A DNA stretch of 35,511 nucleotides from Thermomicrobiales bacterium. Its GTDB lineage: Bacteria > Chloroflexota > Chloroflexia > Thermomicrobiales > UBA6265. A program made the position numbers and the translations under genes. The notes under the pieces were generated by a model, which had not been told where the DNA came from, did not search any database, and saw only the letters and a program-made list of their open reading frames with translations. The DNA lies in contig DASUQU010000074.1 of assembly GCA_036280495.1 (NCBI GenBank), positions 1 to 35,511 on the forward strand. The letters run 5' to 3'. Below, piece by piece: positions 26,263-34,574 of this stretch (position 1 is its first letter; each line of letters begins with the position of its first letter).

Positions 26263-26337
26263 GGGGTTTCTGCTCCGTCGCACTGGAAACTAGGATCAGC
26301 CGTCGATCCGCATCTGCCTCGATCGGTGGTTGGGACG

Positions 26338-26365
26338 GGGGGTTGGAGTGACGACTCCAACCCCC
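26338..26365 (-). promoter_or_regulatory. Perfect 12-bp intercistronic stem-loop between the binding-protein and permease genes
   Basis: GGGGGTTGGAGT-GACG-ACTCCAACCCCC, read directly from the sequence. There is no U-tract on the transcribed (minus) strand, so it is not a canonical intrinsic terminator. Confidence 0.6.
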
Positions 26366-26426
26366 TCGATCGCTACACGGTCGGGGAACTCTCCGCGGCC
26401 GTCACCTCGATGTCGAATATCGCCGG

Positions 26427-27806
26427 TTATTCCTGGTAACCGGCGTCGATTGCGACCTGGTTGGCTAGTTCGTTGGCCTCCTCGATCGCGGCGTCAATTT
26501 CGATGTCGCCAACCAGGGCCGAGGCAAATATCTGTGTGACGTCGTTGCCCAGCTCCTGGAACTCCGGGATGCGGACAAATTGACCGCCGGTGTACGGCAC
26601 CGGCTCCTCCGTCGGCTCGTTCGGGTTCGCCTCATTGATGGAGTTGAGGACGATCTCTGCGAAGTCAGCGGCACGCTCCTGGTACGATGGATTCTCGTAC
26701 ACGGAAGCGCGGGCGCCCGTCGGCGCGCGCCCCCAGCCGCCATCCATCGCGACAATGGTATCGACATAGGTGGTGGAGGTGGCCCACATCATGAAGGCGA
26801 GCGCGGCGTCCTTGGCGTCCGAGTTCGCCGCCATCGCGAAGTTCCAGCTCCACAGCCAATTGCCAGTGGGGAGCTTCTTCGAAGGACCGTAGGCGAACCC
26901 AACCTGCTCGAAGTCCGGGTTGATTGCCGGATCGGTGATGAGCTCTGCAGCTGAGGTGGCGTCGTACCACTGCGCGCACTGACCCTGGATGAGCAGCGTC
27001 TCGTTCTCGGTGAAGCCGTTGCCACTGGCACCTTCAGGTCCGTAGTTCTGGAGCAGCTCGATGTAGAAGCGGATCGCCTCTGCCGAGTCAGGGTCATTGA
27101 GCTGCGCAACCCAGTTCTCGTCGTACCAGCGACCGCCGAAGGCATTGATCACTGTGCCCAACGGTGCGCCCATTTCGCCCCAGCCGGGCAGACCTCGCAG
27201 ACAGACGCCGGAGACTTCGCCCGGTTTGTTGAGGGCCGCGGCGAACTCTGCAATCTGGTCCCAGGTCGGTCGCTCCGGCATTTCGAGCCCGGCCTCCTCA
27301 AAGAGGTCTTTCCGATAGAAGGTCATTGCGCTCTCGCCGTAGAACGGTAGCGCGTAGAGCCCACCATCGTAGCTGAGCCCGGCCTTCATGCTCTCGAAGA
27401 CATCGTCGAGGTTGTAAGTCGGATCGGCCGATGCCTCCTCGCCAACTTCCTCCAGCCAACCTTGCTCGGCCCACAATGGGACTTCGAATGGACCGATAGT
27501 GAAGACATCGAATTGCCCGGACTGCGTGGTCACGTCCTGCGTAATGGTCTGCCTGATCTCGTTCTCCGGGAGGACGGTCAGGTTGACAACGATGTTCGGG
27601 TAAGCCTCGTTGAAGGCGCCGGACTCGACCACCTCCTGGAGCGCGACCATCTGCGGGTTGGCCACCATCGCGACGTCAATAGTCCCGGATATTTCCGTGT
27701 TTGGCGCCGCTACCGGCGTTTGTGCGAGCGAGCCCATCGAGAGCGGGAACATCGTGGTGACGATGACAGCCAGCATGATGTAAACGGAGACGAGTCTCCT
27801 GCGCAT
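26427..27806 (-). CDS. Extracellular solute-binding protein (family 1, CUT1 sugar ABC transporter)
   Basis: ATG 27806 has AAGGAGGG 7 nt upstream. The signal/anchor is MRRRLVSVYIMLAVIVTTMFPLSMGSLAQ. The body is typical of the family (..FDVFTIGPFEVPLWAEQGWL.., ..YGESAMTFYRKDLFEEAGL..). The track start at 27989 adds 61 non-protein-like residues. Confidence 0.9.
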   Translation of the reverse strand: MRRRLVSVYIMLAVIVTTMFPLSMGSLAQTPVAAPNTEISGTIDVAMVANPQMVALQEVVESGAFNEAYPNIVVNLTVLPENEIRQTITQDVTTQSGQFDVFTIGPFEVPLWAEQGWLEEVGEEASADPTYNLDDVFESMKAGLSYDGGLYALPFYGESAMTFYRKDLFEEAGLEMPERPTWDQIAEFAAALNKPGEVSGVCLRGLPGWGEMGAPLGTVINAFGGRWYDENWVAQLNDPDSAEAIRFYIELLQNYGPEGASGNGFTENETLLIQGQCAQWYDATSAAELITDPAINPDFEQVGFAYGPSKKLPTGNWLWSWNFAMAANSDAKDAALAFMMWATSTTYVDTIVAMDGGWGRAPTGARASVYENPSYQERAADFAEIVLNSINEANPNEPTEEPVPYTGGQFVRIPEFQELGNDVTQIFASALVGDIEIDAAIEEANELANQVAIDAGYQE

Positions 27807-28166
27807 TGTAATTCCCTCCTTAAGAGGATCGCGGTGCTGCCGGATGCATCCTTGAGGTCTGTTAGCCTGCGGTCCTGGGTTGCCAGCCCTGCGGGCGAAG
27901 CTGAACTCCCGAGTCTTGATCGCAATCGCGGACGCAAATCCAACTCGCCTCTGAACTGAAGTGGGCGGGATCGTATCGACCAGTGCCACTCATGTCAAAT
28001 TCCGGGGACATGCTCCTGACCAACGGCGGTGATCCGGACTTGTGCCGTGCACCTAATACCGCTAGGCTAGGCTGTATCCCGCCCCGACTGGTTTGACAGT
28101 ACGAGACTGCCGGAATGCGCGCGGCATGCACGACTTCCCGAATCTGGATCGAGGGCCGACGGCAGG

Positions 28167-29129
28167 ATGAATTGGCGGCAGAGCCGGCAGGAGGATGTCG
28201 CCCGCGGGGCTTTGATCCTCCTCATTTCCGTGGGAATCGCTGCGCTGATCGTCGGAGCCCGGCTGGGAAGCCAGCGATTCGCCGCTCCGCCGCCCTCGCC
28301 AACACCCGTCCCTACCACGACTCCGCTGCCCACGCCGACCGCGACTCCAGCGCCGCCCACGCCGACGCCCCGACCCGAGCCTCCGACACCGACTCCCGCT
28401 CCCGTGGCCGTCGCCGGCGTTGACGAGCTGTACGCTCAGGATGGTCGAAACATCGTCTGCATCGATCCTGGTCACGGGGGCGAAGACCTGGGTAATGTGC
28501 GCCTCGAAAACGGGCGCATCACGCTGCAAGAGAAAGACATCGTTCTCGAGCACTCGCTCATGCTAGCGGAGCGGCTGCGCGCCAAGGGGTTCGAGGTCAA
28601 GCTGACGCGGGAAACCGATACCGAGGTCAACCCGTCCAACGAGGACGTCAACGGAGATGGGGAAGTGGCGCCGGAGGGAGGACCCGCACGAACAGATCAA
28701 CTCGACGACCTGCAAGCGCGAGTCAATATTTGTAATCTCGCGGCCGCGGACCTGCTGGTGTCAGTCCATTACAACGGTGCCGAAAACGAGTTCCTCTCGG
28801 GCTATGAAGTGTGGTTCAACGACGACCGCCAGTTCAGTGGTCGCTCAGAGGCGTTTGCGACGTTCATGCACGAGGCACTCGCGGAGGCTTACGCCGCCGC
28901 TGGGTATGCCGCGGTCGATCGGGGTATCGGGATCGAGGACCACGTGCTGACCGGGCCCGAACGCCCCGGTGAGCTAATCCCGAGCGAGATGCCGGGTGCG
29001 GTGATCGAAGGTCTGTTCCTTTCGAACGATGAGGACGCGGCCTTCATCCAGTCCGAAAACGCCGACGAGACGCTGGTCCGAGCGTATGAGCAAGCCATCA
29101 CTCGTTACTTCAGCGTATATCCTGGATGA
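28167..29129 (+). CDS. N-acetylmuramoyl-L-alanine amidase (Amidase_3) with TM anchor and Pro/Thr-rich linker
   Basis: TM segment ALILLISVGIAALIVGA. Linker PPPSPTPVPTTTPLPTPTATPAPPTPTPRPEPPTPTPAP. Catalytic region IVCIDPGHGGEDLGN, ADLLVSVHYNG and AVIEGLFLSNDEDAAF. Confidence 0.9.
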   Translation: MNWRQSRQEDVARGALILLISVGIAALIVGARLGSQRFAAPPPSPTPVPTTTPLPTPTATPAPPTPTPRPEPPTPTPAPVAVAGVDELYAQDGRNIVCIDPGHGGEDLGNVRLENGRITLQEKDIVLEHSLMLAERLRAKGFEVKLTRETDTEVNPSNEDVNGDGEVAPEGGPARTDQLDDLQARVNICNLAAADLLVSVHYNGAENEFLSGYEVWFNDDRQFSGRSEAFATFMHEALAEAYAAAGYAAVDRGIGIEDHVLTGPERPGELIPSEMPGAVIEGLFLSNDEDAAFIQSENADETLVRAYEQAITRYFSVYPG

Positions 29130-29171
29130 ATAACTTGCCGGAGACGGCAGGGTCGGTGGTGTGCGTGGCGC

Positions 29172-30401
29172 GTGACCGGTATGAACGACTGGCGTAAGGA
29201 CAACTTTCCCAGACCGCAGGCACGTCTGCCGCTCGACGCGGAGGAGTGGTGGCGCGAGGACCTCAGCTCCAGGGCGTCGGGTCTGGATCGCAACGCTCAG
29301 CCCAACCGTGCGGGAGCCGGAACCAAGGGAAAGAAGAGCGCCGGATCAACCTCAAGGCGCTCCGGATCCAGGACCGGTAGTTCGCGTCCAGTCCCGCGCA
29401 TGCCGAAGTCCCGTCCTGAAACACAGGTCCGATCGAAAGGAATTACCCTCGCCGGCACGCTGTTGATCGTGGGGCTGACCGTCCTTGCTTTCGCGGGTGG
29501 CAGGCTCTTCGGTCGTGTCGAGGAGCCTGCCACTGGCACCCAGGTAGAAACGGCAGCGCAGACCATGCCTGAGCCCGAGTTGGCTCCGGAAGCTCCCGTG
29601 CTGGAGCCAGTGGAGGAGACGCCGGTGGCGCTCCCTGCCACGTTCGCCCGGGCGCCCATCGTTTGCGTCGACCCTGGGCATGGTGGAGAAGACCGCGGTT
29701 TCTCTCGATTCTTTGAGAATGACATTCCGGCGATGGAAGAGGCAATACTCGTGCTCGAGCAGGCATGGGATCTCGAGGCGCGGCTGCAACAACGTGGTTA
29801 CAAGGTCGTCATGACCAGGGAGACAGACACAGCGGTTAATGTTGACGGGAGGGACGTGAACGGCGACGGTCGGACCGCGGCCCATGACCCGCCACGGTCG
29901 AACCGCAACAAGAATCTGGATGAACTCCAGGCTCGGATCAACGTCTGTAATGCTGCGAACGCTGATCTTCTCGTCTCAATGCATGTCAACGGCTATTCGA
30001 CTGGTGGGCCGCACGGGTTCGAAACCTGGTTCACCCGTGAGCGCCAGTTCGGCGACAAAAATGCCGTCTTTGCCACCCTGGCGTATGCGCATCTAAAGGA
30101 GCAGTTGGCAAAAATCGGCTACGTCCTGCCGGCCGAGGAAGAGCGAGGCGTGCTGCCCGACACAACAGCGGATGTGCAAATGGAGCACTCGCTCTTCCGG
30201 CATTTCGTCATGACCGGGCCCGAAGTACCGGGCGTCGTCAAGGCGAGCAAAATGCCCGGCGCAATTGTCGAGGCGCTCTTCGTCTCAAACGATGGAGATG
30301 CCGCGGTACTGTCGATTCCTGAAGGACGGAATGCGATCGTTACCGCATACGAGAACGCGATCGTCGAATATTTTGAACGCTACCCACCGGAGGCCCGTTG
30401 A
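29172..30401 (+). CDS. N-acetylmuramoyl-L-alanine amidase (Amidase_3) paralogue with long basic N-terminal region and TM anchor
   Basis: Contains IVCVDPGHGGEDRGF, ADLLVSMHVNG and AIVEALFVSNDGDAAVL. The TM segment is ITLAGTLLIVGLTVLAFAGG. It has the same domain order and the same insertion as the upstream paralogue. Confidence 0.9.
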   Translation: MTGMNDWRKDNFPRPQARLPLDAEEWWREDLSSRASGLDRNAQPNRAGAGTKGKKSAGSTSRRSGSRTGSSRPVPRMPKSRPETQVRSKGITLAGTLLIVGLTVLAFAGGRLFGRVEEPATGTQVETAAQTMPEPELAPEAPVLEPVEETPVALPATFARAPIVCVDPGHGGEDRGFSRFFENDIPAMEEAILVLEQAWDLEARLQQRGYKVVMTRETDTAVNVDGRDVNGDGRTAAHDPPRSNRNKNLDELQARINVCNAANADLLVSMHVNGYSTGGPHGFETWFTRERQFGDKNAVFATLAYAHLKEQLAKIGYVLPAEEERGVLPDTTADVQMEHSLFRHFVMTGPEVPGVVKASKMPGAIVEALFVSNDGDAAVLSIPEGRNAIVTAYENAIVEYFERYPPEAR

Positions 30402-30408
30402 TCGGGGA

Positions 30409-32091
30409 ATGGGCTGGAACAAACGAGTGAATGAACCTGGCGAGCCTGTTCCACACGGACCAGAAGCCGGTTCGACCCGGAGGGCACCGCCGCCCTTAAG
30501 CCGGCGCGCCCTAGTTGCGGGAGCGATGCCGGTCGCGGCGGCGGCGATCGGGGCCGCCGGCGCCCTCGCTGTTCAGTATTCGCGGACAGTGAATTCGCCT
30601 GGTCGGGAATCAGTTGACGTTGCGCCGACTGTGGCGGTGCCGGCAAAGATGGACAGATCGCCGGTGACACCGAGTGCGGCTCGAGCGACTCCGACCGGGT
30701 CGGCCACTCCCGCGACAACTGGCGAGCGACCTGAACCCGCGCGGGAACTACAAAACATTGGTGTCCCCGAGGGAATGACCCTGGCGGCATCCCCGCGGCT
30801 TCCGCTCGCCAGTGTCGGACCAGAAGATCCGTGGCGACTGCTCACGGGGCGAATCGCCAATTGGTCGGAGATTGGGTCAGCAGTATCCCTGCCTGTGAAC
30901 CCCGTCGGGCTTGCCTCGGCTGTAGCCGGTGCGAAGCGACCTGAGCTCATCGTTGGGACCTATGAAGAATTGGCAACGGCGTTGTCCCGCGACCCTGGTG
31001 CCGTGGCGCTGGTCCCGACCGAAATGATCGACTTCCGAGTGCAGTCGCTCGCGGTCGGGGAAGACGACCCCCTACGGCGGGCGCTAGGAGGCCGAGCGCC
31101 GGTGCGGATCGGCATCGTCGGCGACATCGTGCCTGGCCGCAACGTCCATCTGCACATGGTCGAATACGGCGATTTCACGCGCCCGTTTCACAGAGTCTCT
31201 TCGCTGCTGCGGTCGTTCGATGTCACCGTTGCGAACCTGGAGGGCAATCTCTCCGACACACTGCCGCAGCCTGCCGACCCGCACTCAGTTTCGTTTGTCT
31301 CCAGCCCGGCAATGCTCGAGGGTTTCGCGCTGGCAGGGATCGATGCCGTCACGCTCGCGAATAATCACTCGACGTGGAACGACGAAGGCTGGGGGGTGCA
31401 GGGGCTGCTCGACACGATTGCGGCGCTCGGGACCCATGGTGTTCCATATTTCGGGGCCGGAGCTGATCTTGCCACGGCCCGGGCGCCGTGGATCGTCGAA
31501 GCGGGTGGGACCCGTTTCGCATTCCTCGGTATTGACGGGGTCACCGCGAACTACGAAGCCGAGCCGGGTGTGGAGAATGGCGTGCTCGACGTCGACGTCG
31601 GAGCGACGAGTGATGGCCCGGGAACTAATCCATATCTCCTCGCGCAGATCGTGGAAGACATTGGCGCCGCGACCGCTGTCGCTGACGTGGTCATACCGTA
31701 CTTCCACCTTGGCGCGGAATATGTCGCCGTCGTGCCGCCGTGGGCGGTGCAGGCGGCACATGCGGCGATCGACGCCGGCGCGGCGATGGTGCTGACCAAT
31801 CACCCACACCTGATCCAGGGCATGGAGATCTACAGCGGAAAGCCAATCGTCTACTCGCTAGGGAACTTCATTCTCGATCAAATGTGGGCCGCCGAGGTGC
31901 GGTCCGGCTACGCCCTAGAGATCGTCCTCCGGGACACCACGATCGCCGGGCTGCGATTTCACGGCGTCGAGATCGAGGATTTCCATCAGCCGCGCCCGAT
32001 GTCGTCGGGCGAGCAGGCCGCGCTGATGGACCGCTTCTGGGCCGCAACCGATCGTCTCGCGGGGCGGGAAGGAAGCGCGGCTCAATCCTGA
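30409..32091 (+). CDS. CapA/PgsA-family metallophosphatase-like protein with Tat-like signal/anchor and extra N-terminal domain
   Basis: The C-terminal two-thirds contains IGIVGDIVPGRNV, VANLEGNLS, GIDAVTLANNHS, PYFGAG, FAFLG, PYFHLGAEY and MVLTNHPHLIQGMEIYSGKPIVYSLGNFILDQ. The N-terminus has LSRRALVAGAMPVAAAAIGAAGA. ATG 30409; the track start at 30265 lies inside the preceding amidase gene. Confidence 0.85.
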   Translation: MGWNKRVNEPGEPVPHGPEAGSTRRAPPPLSRRALVAGAMPVAAAAIGAAGALAVQYSRTVNSPGRESVDVAPTVAVPAKMDRSPVTPSAARATPTGSATPATTGERPEPARELQNIGVPEGMTLAASPRLPLASVGPEDPWRLLTGRIANWSEIGSAVSLPVNPVGLASAVAGAKRPELIVGTYEELATALSRDPGAVALVPTEMIDFRVQSLAVGEDDPLRRALGGRAPVRIGIVGDIVPGRNVHLHMVEYGDFTRPFHRVSSLLRSFDVTVANLEGNLSDTLPQPADPHSVSFVSSPAMLEGFALAGIDAVTLANNHSTWNDEGWGVQGLLDTIAALGTHGVPYFGAGADLATARAPWIVEAGGTRFAFLGIDGVTANYEAEPGVENGVLDVDVGATSDGPGTNPYLLAQIVEDIGAATAVADVVIPYFHLGAEYVAVVPPWAVQAAHAAIDAGAAMVLTNHPHLIQGMEIYSGKPIVYSLGNFILDQMWAAEVRSGYALEIVLRDTTIAGLRFHGVEIEDFHQPRPMSSGEQAALMDRFWAATDRLAGREGSAAQS

Positions 32092-32354
32092 ACCCACGGA
32101 GGGCCGTCGGCGCGCTGAGCCTGAACCTCGCGTAAGGCTTCTCGCGCGGCGGAAACCGCCGCGCGACTGCACTCGAGTCGTTCCTGTGCTCGGCGCGAGC
32201 GAGCTTCATCCCGCGCGAGGGAGGCCATAGCGTCTGCAAGACGCTTTTCCGCCTTGCGTTCGCTCCTGAGCAACTCCTGTTCCGCTGCAGCTCCGGCTGT
32301 GAGGAGTTTCTCCGCAAGGATTTGCGCGTCCAAGACCTGATCGCGGGCCGCCAT
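32082..32354 (-). CDS. Small hypothetical Ala/Arg/Glu-rich coiled-coil-like protein
   Basis: 90-codon ORF. ATG 32354 is preceded by GGGAGA (5-nt spacer). Its 3' end overlaps the convergent CapA-like gene by 10 nt. The composition is low-complexity, so it could be a high-GC artefact. Confidence 0.35.
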   Translation of the reverse strand: MAARDQVLDAQILAEKLLTAGAAAEQELLRSERKAEKRLADAMASLARDEARSRRAQERLECSRAAVSAAREALREVQAQRADGPPWVQD

Positions 32355-32484
32355 GCGCTTCTCCCGATTCCTGGGCAGTATGTGTCCCTGTTCGGCGCTG
32401 GGTATCGGCCGGAGTGTGAGCCGCTAGACTCTCCCGCATGATACCCTCACCGCCCGGATCAGAACGTTCGGACTGGCGAATGGC

Positions 32485-33975
32485 ATGACGGCAGAAGCCA
32501 TGCGGCCGATCGGCGCCGCGATCGACATCGGGTCGAACTCGATCAAGATGACGATTGCGCGTGCAAGCGACGACGGCGGGATCGAGCAGCTCGATTGGGC
32601 ATCGGAAGTCGTTCGCCTCGGAGAGGGGCTAGATCGCACCGGGCTCCTCGATGAGCAGCGCGTCGAGACTGCCATCGAGACGCTTGGGCGATTTGTTGCA
32701 CAGGCGCGGGAGCACGGCGCCACGCGCATCGTTGGTGTGGCGACCGAGGCCACGCGAGCCGCGGCAAACGGCGCGACGTTTCTCGATCGCGTGCGAGCAG
32801 AGGCCGGCATAGACGTTCGCGTCATCGATGGTCAAGAGGAAGCCGCTCTGACATTCAGGGGGCTGCAGGCAGGCACCGATCTGACCGGTTCGGTCGTGGT
32901 TGCTGACATCGGCGGCGGAAGTACGGAACTGATTTCAGCGCGCGACGGCGTAATGCAGATGGTCAAATCGCTCCCATTGGGCTCAGGCCGGCTGACAGAC
33001 CGATTGGTGGTTGCGGACCCGCCGCGACCAGATGAAATCGACGCCTGCGAACGAGAGGCAGGCGCAGTCATTCAAACGTTGCCACCGCTTGGACTACCCT
33101 CCGGCGAGACAGACCGGCTGATCGTGGTGGGCGGAACGGGCGAATATATGGCCCGACTCCTCGCCGACGTCCGGTGCATCGACCTCAAGGCCGTCCGCAT
33201 CGTGCTTGCGAAGTTGGCCACACTATCAGCCGCTGAGCTCGCGGACGAGATCGACATTCCAGAGGCGCGGGCCCGAGTGCTTCCGGCGGGGGTTGCGGTG
33301 GTGGCCGCGATCGCATCCAGCCTGCACCCGAATCGGATCGAAATTTCGCGCAGCGGGGTCCGAACCGGTCTGCTTCTCGAGGCACTTTATGACAGCGCCG
33401 CCGTAAAAGTGGACGAGCCAGCGGCGATAGCCGAGTCGGCCGAGGTCCCGACTTACGACGACCGCCGCCAACCGAATGCGGAGTCGAACACGGTCGACGA
33501 GAGTTTCAGGGAAACGATGCGGGCGCTCATCGCCGAGCGTTGGCGTGTCGTCTGGAAGGCGATCCCGGTCGCCCTCGAAGGTACGGATATCGAGGGGGTA
33601 CACGACGTTCGTGTCGCGTCGCGCCGACTAAGGGCAGCAATGGATGTTGCTCAACCTGCATTTCCCGGGAAGTGGTACAAGCCGCTGCATCGGACCGCGA
33701 AGGAGATCACCAGCGCGCTGGGTGAGGTTCGTGATCGGGATGTGTTGCTGGAAGCGCTGCGGGGCGACCGCAGCGTCGCAACCGTAGTTGAGCACCCTGG
33801 GATCGACCGGCTCATTGACCGCGTCGAAGGGGAGCGAGCCCTGGCCCGCGCGGAGATGGAGCGCTTTCTCCGCCAGCTACTGGACGGTCCGTTGCGGTCT
33901 GAACTGGAGCGCCGATTCTGGATGACCGGGGCGCCGGCGAGCGAGCCAACCGCACCCGAGGGCGGCACCCAGTGA
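32485..33975 (+). CDS. Ppx/GppA-family phosphatase fused to an N-terminal CHAD half
   Basis: ASKHA motifs AAIDIGSNSIKMTIA, VGVATEATRAAANG and VADIGGGSTEL. The C-terminal 150 aa has the CHAD signature GVHDVRVASRRLRAAMDV .. LGEVRDRDVL. Confidence 0.88.
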   Translation: MTAEAMRPIGAAIDIGSNSIKMTIARASDDGGIEQLDWASEVVRLGEGLDRTGLLDEQRVETAIETLGRFVAQAREHGATRIVGVATEATRAAANGATFLDRVRAEAGIDVRVIDGQEEAALTFRGLQAGTDLTGSVVVADIGGGSTELISARDGVMQMVKSLPLGSGRLTDRLVVADPPRPDEIDACEREAGAVIQTLPPLGLPSGETDRLIVVGGTGEYMARLLADVRCIDLKAVRIVLAKLATLSAAELADEIDIPEARARVLPAGVAVVAAIASSLHPNRIEISRSGVRTGLLLEALYDSAAVKVDEPAAIAESAEVPTYDDRRQPNAESNTVDESFRETMRALIAERWRVVWKAIPVALEGTDIEGVHDVRVASRRLRAAMDVAQPAFPGKWYKPLHRTAKEITSALGEVRDRDVLLEALRGDRSVATVVEHPGIDRLIDRVEGERALARAEMERFLRQLLDGPLRSELERRFWMTGAPASEPTAPEGGTQ

Positions 33976-34574
33976 GCCGAGCATGGCCGGTTCATGATGT
34001 CGACCCGGACGCATCCGTCATCGATAACGCGCGGCGTGTCCTGGCCGTCCGGGTCGCCGAGTTCTATTCCTTCGAGCCCATCGTCCCGTACCCCGAACTC
34101 TCCGCGGCGCTCCATGACTTACGGATCTCTGCCAAGCGACTTCGCTACACGCTGGAGTTGTTTCGCCCGCAATTCGGGAAGGCGGGCGAGCGGCAGATCG
34201 AGAGGGTCAAAGCGATCCAGGAGGAACTCGGTACTCTGCACGACCATGACGTGCGTATCGACCTGATCGGCGACGAGCTCTCGCAGCTCATGGTCGAGCA
34301 AAGCCGGATGACCCAGTCGGAAATCGCAGATGCCTCGTCGGAAGAGCTTGCCGCGATCGCGACCGCCGCACTGCGAGCGCCGCCTGACGATCCCCGGCGC
34401 GGACTGATCGCCCTCTTGGGACGCGAACACACTGGCCGACGAGCGGCATACACCCGGTTCCGCGAGTTGTGGGACATGTATGCGCGCGATGGCATGCGCC
34501 GGGATTTGGTTGCCTTGTCGGTTACACCGCTGCCGAAGCAGCTTGAAAACTCCGATGCGGATTCACTGATATGA
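33972..34574 (+). CDS. CHAD-domain protein (second-half-like), overlapping the upstream stop (GTGA)
   Basis: Contains ALHDLRISAKRLRYTLELFRPQFG .. IQEELGTLHDHDV. GTG 33972 overlaps TGA 33973-33975. Confidence 0.75.
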   Translation: MSRAWPVHDVDPDASVIDNARRVLAVRVAEFYSFEPIVPYPELSAALHDLRISAKRLRYTLELFRPQFGKAGERQIERVKAIQEELGTLHDHDVRIDLIGDELSQLMVEQSRMTQSEIADASSEELAAIATAALRAPPDDPRRGLIALLGREHTGRRAAYTRFRELWDMYARDGMRRDLVALSVTPLPKQLENSDADSLI

